The position numbers and the translations under genes are program-made. Below the pieces are notes generated by a model. The model was not told the origin of the DNA and did not search any database. It saw only the letters and a list, made by a program, of their open reading frames with translations. 64,000 nucleotides of DNA from Haliotis rubra (taxonomy: Eukaryota): positions 496,001 to 560,000 of the forward strand of contig NW_025767318.1 in NCBI RefSeq assembly GCF_003918875.1, in the 5' to 3' direction. Positions 14,501 to 29,500 of the stretch are shown one piece after another. Positions within the stretch are counted from its first letter, which is position 1. Every line of letters starts with the position of its first letter.

Positions 14501-17500
14501 AATAGAACAGGACCAGATTACAGGAACCTCCAGAACAGCAGAAGTAACATAGCAACCTCCATAAAAGCCTGTGGTGGTACTGTCATGGTGTACACGTCTC
14601 CATTTCCATAGAGTTTAGCTTGGTAAACTCCTTGGACAAACTTGAGATTGCATGCACAGTGTGACAATTTGTACGATTTTACCATTTCTTACTATTTGTT
14701 TGGGTGTATCATCATACCAGTGGTATCATCTGCTTGTATCGTGATATGTATCACATTGCAAGATGTCAGGTGATTCTCAGCTCGAGATTCATACTCCATG
14801 ATGGGACTCCAGGGTCTTCTTCAATACAGGATTAAAGTATTCTACACACCCAGAGGATTCACCCTCAGACGACTGACTTAGTGACTGTTCACTCTATTTC
14901 AGTGAGTGAGTGAGTTTGGTATTAAGCCACTTTCAGCTATATTCCAGGAACATCACGGCGGGGGACACCAGAAATGGGCTTCACACACTGTACCAATGTG
15001 GGGAATTGAACCCGGGTCTTCGGCGTGACGAGCAGCGCTTTAACCACTAGGCTACGCCACCGCCCCACTCTATTTCAGTTCTATGAAAGCACTTCAGTTG
15101 TATGGAGGAGAAAAAGTTGTTGTATTTGTAGTGAGTGAGTGAGTGAGTGAGTGAGTGAGTGAGTGAGTGAGTGAGTGAGTGAGTGAGTGAGTGAGTGAGT
15201 GAGTGTTTAGTTTTACGCCGCACTCAGCAATATTCCGGCTATATGGCGGTGGTCTGTAAATAATCGAGTCTGGACCAAACAATCCAGTGATCAACAGCAT
15301 GAGCATCAATCTGCACAATTGGGAACCGATGACATGTGTCAACCAAGTCAGCAAGCCTGACCACCCGATCTCGTTAGTCGCCTCTAACAATATTTGTTGT
15401 ACAACATGCATTCAGCAATATACCACTTATAGAGTCTCATCCAGACAATACATTGATTCATACAATGAGCCAAAGTCACCTGGTCTGACAACCTGATCCC
15501 TTTCGAGGAACTGTCCGTGACATGGAAAAAACTCATTTCCTGATATTTCAACACAATAACAAAGTCTCCTGTTGCCCTGACGATGGGCTATGGGCGTTGC
15601 TGATGGGCGTTGCACTTACTCGTACTGTTTTCCAATAATAAGCCTAATTACTATCTTGTTTACAGTGGCAATAACAGATTCATGATTTAGATAGTCACAC
15701 AGAGAATATTGTCGTATCCTTTTCTTGTAAAGGCGTAAAACATTTATCAATATTCAGCTATGTTTCAACCGGGAGCAGATGTGACCATGAGGTCTATTCA
15801 GTAATTTATTGGTTTCAGGTTGAAACCGATATTCTACATAGAAACATGGAAATTGTGTTACTATGGAAACCAATTTATTAAAGTTGATGGAAAGTGTTAC
15901 AAGATAAATGACATTTTGTTGTGCTGTTTCCATAGTAACAACATATCAGTATTATTATGAACAGTTGTTTTCAGTTATGTCATGAATTATTTCTGTGTTA
16001 ATGAATTTGTTTGAGATGAGAAGAATTTGTGATTTTAAACTAAGAACCAGTGGCAACATGGATTAATCTAGAACTGCTCAGCCTGATATTGGAGCCCAAG
16101 ACAGCAGAAACTGACAGTACTGATTCCCATTTTGAATGTACAGTTTCACACTTCTTCAAATGTACAAAAACATTTTAAAATTCAATTTTGAATATCATGA
16201 TTCATTGTCCACATTGCCTGCCTGCAAATCCCTGGGCAAGCAAACTGGAAAATGTGCATTTTGTCAATAATTTCCATGTTTTATTTTTTATTGACATTTT
16301 TTTACATTTACATAATACATTTTACATTGCAGTCAATGCAATAATGTCACTACATACTGCTGTACCTTCTCGATAGTATTGGTCCTGTTACAAGTACAAC
16401 ATATGCTTACATTTATTCTCTTTCCACGATACACAAAACTGAGTTATTATGTCAAGTGCATATCTGATTATATGTCACACATATTATTATCATTATTAAA
16501 AGTTGTAAAGCATAAAGTTCCTTTGTAAAAATATTGCAAAGTTAACAATTATGAGATATTCACATTTCAATAGTGGAATTTCTATTGATATTACTGCAGA
16601 GTGACTGAAATTTAAATGTTCAATTGGCAAGGTAAAATTATGAGGATTCACAATCTTAATTTGACTATATTTCACTTACTTTTTTCGCTTAAAGTGAAAT
16701 TCATTGGTACGTTTTCACTGCAAACAAACTATAGAGTATCAACTCGAGCTTATCTCATTCAAGGAAGACAACTGTGTCTTATCCTAGCCCAGGGAGAGAC
16801 AACTCTTTCTGCCCTCACCCAAAGAAGGGACAACCCTGTCTCACCTCATCCTGGAAGAGTCCCTCCACACCATTAAGAGACTAAGTCAACTTGTTTTCTA
16901 ACATGACGTCACAGACCCCAAGCACTTAATGTCACACCTGGAGTGGTGGGGTAGCCTAGTGGTTAAAGCGTTCGCTCATCACACCGAAGGCCCGGGTTCG
17001 ATTCCCCAGACGGGTACAACGTGTAGAGCCCATTTCTGGAGTCCCCGCCATGATATTGCTGGGATATTGCTTAAAGCGGCGTAAAACCATACTCACTCAC
17101 TCATTAATGTCACACCTAACATGACGTCACAGACATTAATAGGGTTGCACCAAGTGTCACGCTTTACATGATGTCACATGCCGAACACACTGGTTGACCA
17201 AACATGAAATAGGATCATGAAATGTCATGCTAGAATACTGCATTACACACTCATTTCTTAAAAAGTTAAAAATACTCACTTTTGACTTTCTAGGGGCTGG
17301 CTTTGGTGACATCTTTGTGTCAACGTATCCATCGCCCAGGTGACCGTTGCTTGGTAGCATCGTCGTGTTGATGTCAACAGGTGCGGCTGATGAAATTGTC
17401 ACCCTGCCATAGAAATCTGAGAGTCATGCAACAGGCTGCATGTGAAGTAGTGCAGACAGAGTTGTCTCCCATCTGTTGTATATTGAGCGATATCCATGCC

Positions 17501-20500
17501 TTATTGATAGACAACAGATACAGGTTTCTAGATTATCTTAGTGTTTAACTATGCTAGTTTTATCACAGCCAAGTCTGTCTATCATGCTCTTGTATCACTT
17601 TTTGTTTAAATTAAAACTTCACTGTAGATTGTTTAGATTTTAGATTTTATGTCATTCAGAGCAATCCATCAAACTCAAAACAAGCCTAAGGACACTTTAA
17701 AGATTGTCTCCACTGCATAATCTGAAAGTTATATTGTAAACAAAGTCGTCAATTGGAAAACCTTGAGTAAAGTAAGCATTGGATCTAAAATATTAATAAA
17801 GTACATTCAAACAAAAATGGTAAGCATCCTGAAATGTCCCCGTGGACAAGGCCAACTGAAGTGCCTTTGATATAATAATAATTCATGAATTTCTATAGCG
17901 CATCATTCACATTGCTATGCTCTGTGCACTCACTATTCATATCTGAACAGGCTAATCAGTACTCCAGCAGTAAACAGAATTATATGTATTATTTGGAAAA
18001 GGTCAATCACTAAATGGTAAAATACTGAGATTTAAGGGATCCATATTCCGGTCAATTGACATTCCATATTATACATTAATGCATGCCAAGTTTGTGGCAG
18101 TATTATCCCACATGGCCGCAACCAGAGCGAGCCATTATGTAATATGTCCAGAGCATTAAACAAGATAGCACGACACTCATCGTTTGTACCAATCTTACAG
18201 TAAAATACTGAGATTTAAGGGATGATTATTTCATAATTTGATAATAACATTGTGGCAGTATTATACATGCATGTAACAATGTTCCAAGTGTAATGTTTTG
18301 TACCTGTTGACCTACAGTAGGTTGCACTAGTGTGCTATATTTAGACAGAGTTCTAGAAGGTACTACAAGGTACAACAACACTAGACCTTTCCACTATACT
18401 CTGACTCTCAGGGAGTGTTTGTCGTTGGTATACCAAGGGAGCTAACTCTTGCCTCTCATCTCACATTACATCTCAGTGAGTGAGTGAGTTTAGTTTTACG
18501 CCGCACTCAGCTATATTCCAGCTATATGGCAGTGGTCTGTAAATAATCGAGACAGACAATCAAACGATCAACAGCATGAGCATTGATCTGCGCAATTGGG
18601 AACCGATGATATGTGTCAACCAAGTCAGCGAGCCTGACCACCCGATCCATAAGTTGCCTCTTATGACAAGCATGGGTTACTGAAGAGCAGTTCTAGCCCG
18701 GACCTTCACGGGTCACATTACATCTCAAGTTACAAGAAGAGAACAACAGTGTGGAGATGATTCATCTACTGGCTACTCAGCCTGCAGTGAGGTGACTATT
18801 ACAATCTCTGTCTATATTACTATACACACTGCTATTGTATTATACTGGCTTCATTTTGAACTGCTACTGTAAAACCTTTGTAAAGATATGTAAATTTAGC
18901 TAATTTTAGAAAACATTTGTTGGTTTCACACTGAGTTCTATTACAGATTGATCCATGGTTAACATTTAGTTTCAATTTAAGATTTAACATGTAACAACTT
19001 AATGCTGTTAATAATAATTCAGAGCTTCTTCTTTCCCCTTCATAATTAAAAACTCAGTATGCATATTGAGTGAACATATCTACATGATGCTGTGTATACA
19101 CATAAAGTGATTAATGTACAAAGAAAACAACAGCCAATGAAATTAGCAGAAGACATGACAGTTACGTTAAAGGACATGAGAGTTCGGGCAGGGTGGGTGA
19201 TACTTTTGGCTCAAGATTAAGGTTATCCATTACACATGTACTAGAAATAAAAAACAAATCTGACAAACTTGTGCAACAAAAGGGACCACATTTATTTGAA
19301 GCTTGTGGAGCGTATTGGTGTAATACTGCTGTAGTCTTGGCTTCAGGTTGAATAACGTCACAAATACTCCAAGCAAAACAAAACACAATTTGTGGAACAC
19401 TTAATCACAAATAAATACTGTGGAATCAGTCTGAGCAGGACAACTTACTGGTATTGTGGCAATGTTTACAAAATTCCATATAATAAAAGTTAAGGGCAAA
19501 CTACAATTTGCACTTATGTTAAAGGTTACAGTTATCTCCCTTGGTCAACTGGTCATTAAAATGTGTATCACCAACCAACTGAAGGATTGTCATCAGATTA
19601 GTCAATAAATCAGGAGAACTTTTTATCAAAGATGTTCATTTTATCAGCTTCATCTCAACTGAAGATTAATAGGAATTCTGTTTTTTCACAGTTTTCATTA
19701 CTGAATCTATATTTCTGAGCTGAAGTTCCGACCATGACCTGGGTTTTTTTAGCTGATAGAACAATGTAGCTCACCTGAATTTAAATATATGTTGGGGTCA
19801 AGATGTAACTCATTCTTAATTACTTCAGATAGAGACTATTGAAGGTATTAATACTTTCAGCCTGTATATACACGACAGACATTACAGCAAATTACACAGT
19901 GGTTTTTAAGCTACATTTGAACAACAGGCCAAAACATCATATTAACACCAGCCATCTTGAATGTTCATGCAGAATTTCTGTGAAAATTCAAAAGTTTCAG
20001 AGTTGAGTCTAAGTTGATGATTTTTACATGCTGTGTGGGTCTTTCTTGAGAGTAAACCCCACAGAGAGTCAACCCCTCAGAGAGTCAACCCCACAGAGAG
20101 TCAACCCCACAGAGAGTCAACCCCTCAGAGAGTCAACCCCACAGAGAGTCAACCCCACAGAGTCAAGCCCCTCAGAGAGTCAACCCCACAGAGCCACAGA
20201 GAGGCAACCCCACAGAGAGAGGCAACCCCTCAGAGAGGCAACCCCACAGAGAGGCAACCCCACAGAGAGTCAACCCCACAGAGAGTCAACCCCACAGAGA
20301 GTCAACCCCACAGAGAGGCAACCCCACAGAGAGGCAACCCCACAGAGAGTCAACCCCACAGAGAGTCAACCCCACAGAGAGTCAACCCCACAGAGAGTCA
20401 ACCCCACAGAGAGGCAACCCCACAGAGAGGCAACCCCTCAGAGAGGCAACCCCACAGAGAGTCAACCCCACAGAGAGTCAACCCCTCAGAGAGGCAACCC

Positions 20501-23500
20501 CACAGAGAGGCAACCCCTCAGAGAGGCAACCCCACAGAGAGTCAACCCCACAGAGAGTCAACCCCACAGAGAGTCAACCCCTCAGAGAGTCAACCCTCAG
20601 AGAGGCAACCCCACAGAGAGGCAACCCCTCAGAGAGGCAACCCCACAGAGAGGCAACCCCACAGAGAGGCAACCCCACAGAGAGTCAACCCCACAGAGAG
20701 TCAACCCCACAGAGAGGCAACCCCTCAGAGAGGCAACCCCACAGAGAGGCAACCCCACAGAGAGTCAACCCCTCAGAGAGTCAACCCCACAGAGAGGCAA
20801 CCGGAAATCAATCAACTTTTCTGATATACACAAAATGCTGGGATCACATCAGCTTGACTAGGAAGGGTCTGTGTTACCGATACTGTCATAACCTAAATAA
20901 TTAAATTACAAAATCAGTTGTGTTTGTTCAGGGTTTTTGGGGGTTTGGGGGGGTGGGGGGCTAAAGGATAAAGCTAAAGGATAAAGCTAAAGGATAAAGC
21001 TAAAGGATAAAGCAGCATATCAATAAAGCAGATAAACGTCTTGTTCAGGGGAGGTAACAACTGGAAGAAATAGGGTCCTTTCAATTGCATTATTAGTAGG
21101 TCTCAAATGAACTTAAAGCTGTATAAAGTAATAGACTTAATGTAATGACTAGGGGCTATCATTTAGTCTCTGTAATGAATGTACCTTGAGACTGGGTTTT
21201 GGTAAATTGTTTTTCAACATAAAAAAGGTTTTAGATGATTGTTATTTTTATGAGAGACAACTTTAACTAACGTAAACTGCATGACAAATTCTGTATTAGT
21301 GTCCAGTTCAGACAGGTTCCACTTTTGCAAACACAATTCAACACAACTAGTCTGCATACTAAGAAATCACAAAAACTGAAGCAAAATTATCAAACCTTTT
21401 TCTGATTTCCATTCCATGATGCCTTTAACATTTAAAGACATATTACTCATTTTAGAAAAAAACCAGATTGAAATACTCTGTTGAATAAACCACTACAGTC
21501 AAGCTGCTAACAGAGCATAAGAAGAGTTCTCTTGAAGCTTTAACTAGTAGGAAAAACACTACAGTGAACAAAACACTTTAATTCTATGTTGACAATAGTT
21601 TAAAATATAATTTCAGAATGTCTTATTCAGTTTGAAACAAATAACTGTAACAAACATTAAACGATTTCTTGATATAATTTAAAACATGGCACAAGAACAC
21701 ATGCCATACCACTTCAAATGCTATTTTCCTAATGCATATTATATGACATACCTGTCGGTACTGTTTACTGGAAGACTGTTTAAATGTGCATGAATCTCAA
21801 CCCCGCTGTCATCACTTGGATTGTCCTCTCCCTGAAACAGGGCAAGAGAAAGAATAAATTAGCCAGTAAGTATTTAACATTCCGTTGTGTATTTAGAACA
21901 CTGCTTTAAGACATACATAAAACTTCTGGCTGTCATGACAAGTTCCCCACATGTATTTTTCAGATCATCAAATGTCAAGCAAACATTATTATTGTTGTTT
22001 TGGTGAAATCAAGGAGAATACCTTTTGTGAAACAAAAACTGTCTCTCCACAGCCAGTAATTAAATAGCCAGCCCCTGAGAGGTACTTTCAGCAGACTACA
22101 TGAGAACTTACATTGCAAGGAGAAATTCAAAGGCAATAAAACTATTAGGTAAAAGAGACAAGAATATGAAAACATTTTATGACCTTCACCTTGTGTTTAA
22201 CAGGAGGAAGATACATCTGAGATGCAAGTCTGATTGGATGATGAACTTGTGCTGTGACGATGTGCTCTTGCTGAGATGCTTTTGAGGTTGAAGGAACTGG
22301 TTCCATGTTCAATGACCTCACAGAAGGCCTTGGAGATTTTGACCTTGACCTTGACCTGTGGATGGTTGCCCTTGGCGTGTGAAGGTAGGGGCCATGGGAA
22401 TCTGAATGACTTTGAAAGCTGAGGTTGTCCTCCTGAAATATGTCAGATAGATAGATGCAGAATACAGATGGCATTAACCATCACAAAACAGATAACTGAT
22501 CCAAAACTCTCCTATAAGGGATGATCACATTGGCAGCATGTATCAATGTCTAATTCAACAGGACTTCTTAAACAACTTAAACATCAGCGAAGAACACAGA
22601 TAAATACATCCTGCTTGGCAACCTCATTGCATATATATTGGGTTCTTATCACCTTATAAAATTATAAAAATATAATTCAATAATGTATTGGCAAAAAAAA
22701 ACTTTATGCAAAAATTACTGATGTCAATGCACCTCCACAACTACAAAGACCCCTGGAGTTAGATAAGCAGTTTGCATGAAATGTTCACTTTATACATGTG
22801 TGTACTATGTGTTACATATAAGTCTGTTCTCAGACAGGATAAGGTGAGGTGAGGTGAAATTGGGTTTAACGGAGCTTGAGAATATTTCGCTCATATGACG
22901 ACGTGCATGCATGTGTATGTGTATGTGCGGCTGCTTGTACTAGCCCAGACCTTAGCTGGTTTTATAGTGCTAGCTGACTGAGATACCATGCCGCAGTGAA
23001 GCATGAATACCCCACTCAGACACATTATACTGACTCCAAGCCGACCAGTCCTTGTTGTACCCATTAAAGCCGATTGCCAGGCAGGGACCAACAAGTACCA
23101 TATTTTAACGTCTTTTGGTATGATGCGGTCGGGGATCGAACCCGCGACCTTCCGCTCTCAGACAGAGGATAAGAAAGGTAGTGATGCTTTATGGATTACA
23201 GCTGTTTTATTATATAATGAAGTATAATGCTTTTCTTTTTATTCATCAACTTCTAAAATGCCAATCAAACAAATCACAGATTGAGGGCATGCAGTATTAC
23301 ATCTGTTTCACCTGTTGTTCCTACAACTATACCTTTGTATACCAATTACAAAATATGGTGACCAATCCTTGGTCAATAGCGTTTAATATCATCGTATCAG
23401 TAAACCTGCCCCCTGACCTCACCCCAGTCACAGCATGGATCTGAATACACACACGCATCCATCTACACTCACTTCGGGATGTCCGTTCTCTCCATGCAGC

Positions 23501-26500
23501 TGTTCCAGAGCATCTCGCAGGGACTCCTCGTGTCTCTGTGGGGACTGGCACATACAGATCAGTTTAAAACTTCCACCATTCATAAAACTGTTTAGCAATA
23601 TACAAACATCATTCTTATAAAGACTTGAGAAGGGTAAGGCAATAGTATTTAATATCTTAGATGGTAATAATGTATGATAAATCCAGACAGAGGTAGATAT
23701 GTCTTTCCTTATGACTGATTGAGTTTACCTATTCAGCATATTTCACCTTTTTGTGACATCATAGCTTACCAACAGTAATGTGACAACATGACATTATTTC
23801 TGTATTTAATCATAGGGTCGACTTGTGAAGGTCCGGGTTAGAATATTGATCTTCAGTAACCAATGCTTGTCGTAAGAGGCGACTAACGGGATCGGGTGGT
23901 CAGGCTCGCTGACTTTGTTGACACATGTCATCAGTTCCCAATTGCACAGCTTGATGCTCATGCTGTTGATCACTGGATTGTCTGGTCCAGATTCGATTAT
24001 TAACAGACCACCGCCATATGACTGGAATATTGCTGAGTGCGGCGTAAACCTTAACTCACTCACTCGATTTATAGTGTCAATTAGAGGTGTGACGATACAC
24101 AAATTTCACGATATGATACGAATCGCAATATCTTGGGACTATACGATTCGATTCGATGCATATCATGATATGCTATCTTTAGTTATTTCCTTAAAAGAAG
24201 AAAGCATATTTTGATAGCAAGTAACAATGTAAATCTTGACATACTTGTCAATTTCTAGTGAAAAAAAGTATCGATATATTTATCGTCGGATAAAGTATCG
24301 CGAATATCTATACTACGATATATATCGTCACAGCTCTAGTGTCAATATTTGTGCACAACTGAATGGATTGAAAATGTTTTGGTTTTTTTTGCTTGATGTT
24401 AACGCCACAATCAGCAATAATCCATCTATAAGACTGCAGCTTATTAACAATAAAGTCTGAACCATTTAATCCAGTGGTTGATATAGTGAGCATTGTGCCA
24501 TCAGGTTACAACGACATGCAGTGAACTACGCTACAGAGACACACCACCTGTAAGATTGAGTCACTGCTTATAAACAGCATAACTCTATGAGGATTTATTC
24601 TAACCAAAAGATCCGCACTAGCTGAAGTTCAAGAGCTGAACTCTAAAGCGGCCTTCATACGGCAAACCTAAGTTTGAGAACACATGTTGTTAAAATTTCA
24701 ACAGTTGTCAAACTCGCGTTTTCACACCTCAAACACATGTCAAACTTTCGTGTCATTTGAGCGCCATGTCTCTATTGGTGCGGTCACATGATAATTTTGT
24801 TGACTGCGATTGGTTCTTTCTGAACAAATCGAGTTTGACAACACTTCACACGACAAACTCAAGTTTGACAATACCAAAAGTTTGATGGAAAAGTTAGTGA
24901 AAATAGAGACCGGACCGATCCTATTTCTCGACAACAGTTTGACAACTCTGAAATTGGTGTTAGTGGTGAGTTGTTGGAATGTTCACACTCTCATTCGTAT
25001 ACATTCTGATTTCACCCTGGGTACATATTTGGAGACCTACATGATGACCCTGAGCCAGTGTTACCTACCACATCTCTGTCGAAGTGATCCAGGGGCGGAT
25101 GCAGCATCATGGGTTCCATCGTCGTCACTGACTGCCGCCGTTCTGATTTCTGTAAAACAGACAAGGCCACGCAGATTACTGGATAAGCAACCCAACTTTA
25201 CAGGTCTCCCGTTCTATCTAGACTGGACTATTCAAACAGCATTCTGTTTGGACTCAGCTCTGCACACTTGACAAAACTCCAGAAAATCCAAAACGTTGCA
25301 GCCCGCATTGTATCCCTAACATCTAAAAGATCTCACATAACCCCTGTCCTAAAGTCTCTTCACTGGTTGCCCATCCAAGCCAGAATCGAATTCAAGATCT
25401 TGACCATTGTGTTCCAATGTCTACATGACCTAGCGCCTCAGTACCTCTCTGAACTCATCTCAGTGTACACACCACCACGACAGCTGAGATCACACCAACA
25501 GTTCCTCCTAGCAACACCCCCTGTCAATCTCAAGAACTATGGTCACAGATCATTCAGCTATGCTGCTCCTTCACTGTGGAACAGTCTTCCCATAACCATC
25601 AAAACAGCAAAATCTCTTGACTTATTCAAATCTTCAGGAAATATTACGAATGACTTGTACAATTGCTGCAGTTTTTTAGCTTTACACACGGGCCCCATGA
25701 GCATACACTAGTGTGTGGAAACGGCCGCCATACAAGTGGACATTATTATTATTATTATTAAATGCAGAAACATTACTTGGTGAGAACTAATGCCATTTAA
25801 ATATTTTTGAACGAATTTCAATTTTATCTTGCATTCATTTTGAAATTCTTTATCATAAACATTGTAATTTTGTATTTTAAATAACTTTAAATCTCTACTT
25901 TATATTTCACCTCCTGTCTGATGAAACAATTCTACCATATCCCTTGTCCTGCTCCAACGTCAAACATCAGACTGTTGTTTGTCTACACAACTTGATTGCT
26001 GACCACAATTTTACTTGTATCTGTGCCCTTTTGGCAATTTTCTAGACATTGTTAAAGGTCACATGCAACCAAAAAATCAAACATAATTAAAACACAATTA
26101 TCACTTATTCATGACATATAATATACATTGCTGGTTATGAAAAAACATATAAACAAAATTATAAGCGTACAATCGCAAATCAAAAGTGCAATATTGCGTA
26201 CTTGGGTTTACTTCCCAAGAAACGAAGCAGCCGGGATACCGAACCCAGTCAGAGCGGGTGGGTGTGCACTCAAGTGTAACGGCTGGTTCATTTGCAGATG
26301 CCCTCACGGCTCATTGTGTGTGTATATATAGAGATGTTGGGTTTTGTAAATACATGCTCATTTTTGTGTATAACATTTTGCAATCAACAGACATCATAAC
26401 ATGTCATGTGTTCAAGTATCACACCTGCCTGTCTGTGTAATTACATAATGTGACAGAGACCCAACTCGGGCCATAAATCAATGCGTTTTGTTTATGGTGT

Positions 26501-29500
26501 ATAGCCTGATTGGTGTTAAGTTCAAATTGCATGTGGTCAGTGATCGCAGTTGTGTATTGAATATTGTCATTAGCAGACAGGCAGGCAGACACACAGGTGT
26601 AAATAAAACAAGACATTGAGTTTTGTCTGTGACAACGACATATCTATATCACAGTAAGAAATTCTGTCAACGCTAAATAATGACATTGCTTTTAAGTATC
26701 GACAGATATGACCGACTATAAGTCGGAAATTTGATACCAGAAAATGAAGGTAAAAAAATCAGACCCGACTTATACTTGAGTTCATTAATCTACCCAAAAA
26801 AATCCCGAGGTCAGGTGTGTGAATCTGCCAGCCCTGCGAACTCAACTGGCAATGTTTACACCGGAAGCAGGACGCATATACGTACTGACAACGTTTCCAA
26901 AGGTAAATGACATCGTGGGACAAATAAAACATAAAATATAAAACTTTGTTGTTTGTCTTTTGTAAAATATATTTCATAGTATAAACAATAAATTAAATTT
27001 AATCAGATATTTTTATCACAGCTATGCACTTACCGGTACTTTGTTATCGCTACGATAAAGTTGGGCCACGTGACACCTAATTTGTTTCAACGAAAGTAAA
27101 CTTATTTGTATTCTGTGGCAGTTTTGTGTGGTGGTTTTGAAAAATACTGTTAATGATGAAAATGCAAGTTTACATTTATATCCAGATAAACCACGAAAGA
27201 AGCAAAAACTATAGCGATTTTTTTCCATTTGTGACATGTCATAAAATGCCCGCGGACCTCTTCTTTATATTTTCATTTTACGTGATCAGAAAATTATTAT
27301 AAAAAGATTTCTTAAATAATATGTATGGTCGCTTATTTCCCCGATATCAGTGGCTTTTCGCCGGTAACATGACACAACAACGGAAAATACCTCCGCTTCT
27401 AAGCTTCAGATGAATAACATGCGAGGCTTAATCGCTTGATGTCGGGCATCGCTCGAAAAGCTCTGAACATCAACAATATCACTGTACCCTTGCCGAGAGT
27501 ATTTTTCACACTTGTAAGAAGCAATTTTATTGGATAAAAATTGGTTTCTAATGACGCTTTTCGCCACAGTCTGCTATAATATAAGGGTCGGATTGGTCAA
27601 AACCAGACACGCGGACCTAAGGCAGCCAATCATATTACGGCAATGGATACCGCCCTCGTGAAACTAAAAAAACTTTAGATGTAGACGAAAAGTTTTGGGT
27701 AAAATAATGCTATTCTGAACATATTAAGCAAGAAATCGCTACCTATACGTAAATTATGGATTTATTTGACGATCGTGCTAGGTTATGACCTGTGACAAAA
27801 ATGATTCATGCATATATTTTCGCGATTAAACATCGCGGTCCGAAAGCATGGTTTTGAAGATTGAGGCGCGGCGATACCGATTTGGGACGGGAAAGATGCT
27901 TTTAAGTTTTATACTTGAGTTACATGGTTTTGGCAAGAATTTAGAGGGTTGAGAAAGGTTTAACCCGACTTATAGTCGGATCCAATATTGACTTATAGTC
28001 TGGGTCATATGGACCATTTTGTCAATGAATAGTATTGATAAATAAGCCCCAAAGGACGCCATTGTCGCTGAAGAAATTGTATGCTTTGTTTGCTGGGAAA
28101 TGTCCAAATGTCAACATTGTTATATTTATAGTGAGAGACACAATATTTCATTATTAATGGTTTATTCTAGTTCATGTTTTCCATAGTTTGCCTATCACAG
28201 AGGGAAAAAAACAAACATATTATTTAACATATCTATAATAACATGCATCTTTTAACTTCTTTGAGTGGCATTTTAGAAGTTGGGAAGCTCCATACCAACA
28301 AATGTATGGACAACATCTTCTTTTTTTATGAGTGTGATGTTTCTGTACAGATTCTTGTACCACTGTATCATCACAGATTCTTGTACCATTGTATCATCAC
28401 AGACTCTTGTACCATTGTATCATCACAGATTCTTGTACCGTTGTACCATCATTCCAGCCAGACAACTGCACAAGAATCTGTACCGAAATGTCACACTCAC
28501 AAAATAAAGAAGAAGTTGTCCATAAATTTGTCAGTAATTCATATTTTAATTGCTCCAAATGCACCGCCTCAAAGCTCAAATAAGTGCATTATTTTAGAGC
28601 AGTGAGCACTCAAACCTTATTCTCAGCTCCCGAGGTATGTGTAATGTAGGATAGCGGGCAGATGTATCTGTACAGGTTGAGGACAAATCTGACAATGTTA
28701 CCTCTGATGAGAACAGCGTCCTCTTGTAGCGGTCCTCTATGTAAGCCTCTGTGCTCTCGAAGGACAACATGGAGAAGGTGTCGGGGATCATAGCACAGTC
28801 GTCGTTGTCCTGGCAATGAGTAACACTCATTCAAAACATTTTATACTTTGAGTAAGATGTATCACTTGCGTTTCTTTAATTATTGTTTATTGCTGAACGA
28901 AACAGTAATATTCCAGCTGTATGATGGCTGTCAGTAAATAACTGAATCTGGACCAGACAATCCTGTGAATGATATCGTCACATTCAATCCACACACAGAT
29001 CTCATGGCATGCAATCTGCCAAGTCAACGAGCCTGGGTCCCAGTCCCGACTTACATTTATAAACAGATGGTAAACTACGACGTTGTAACGTTACAAACTC
29101 CTTACAGGACCCTGAACCTCTAATCAATTTAGTCCTACAACTAGATTTGGTTGCTGGGTAGCCTGAAATCACTCACAATATGGCTGAAATATTGCTGATG
29201 TGACTATAAATCTTAACTCACTCACCCTAACCTGGATTCCTCACAGATCTGTCACTGGAAGGTGTATTGGCTTAGGGGCTAAACAGGCTTGTACACATTG
29301 AGAATAAGTCACAAGTTCTTTTTCCCAGAGGAAATATTTTATAAGATATGTAGATTATATTGTGCCCATCACACGGCCCTCAGTACAGTAGATTGTGACA
29401 AACTGAAAACTCGCGTCTGCAAGCACCAGTATATAAGTTTGAAGATCTTTCTGAATAACAGCTTGAATAAATTTAACTAATGATGTGAAAAATTGTGAAT

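Noticed and set aside
12976-14555. Cys-rich and hydrophobic repeated ORFs
   Set aside because: Translation of the 77-bp repeat; the period is not a multiple of 3.
15858-15939. Two X-box-like motifs in the large intron
   Set aside because: They lie in sequence resembling degenerate repeat units where such motifs are common, far from the promoter.
16941-17010. tRNA genes (Asp-like GTC loop) here and at similar sites
   Set aside because: Each continues into a SINE body with a microsatellite tail and TSD, and the cloverleaf stems are imperfect.
20028-20861. 277-aa and 263-aa repetitive ORFs
   Set aside because: Translation of a 16-bp minisatellite, antisense within an intron.
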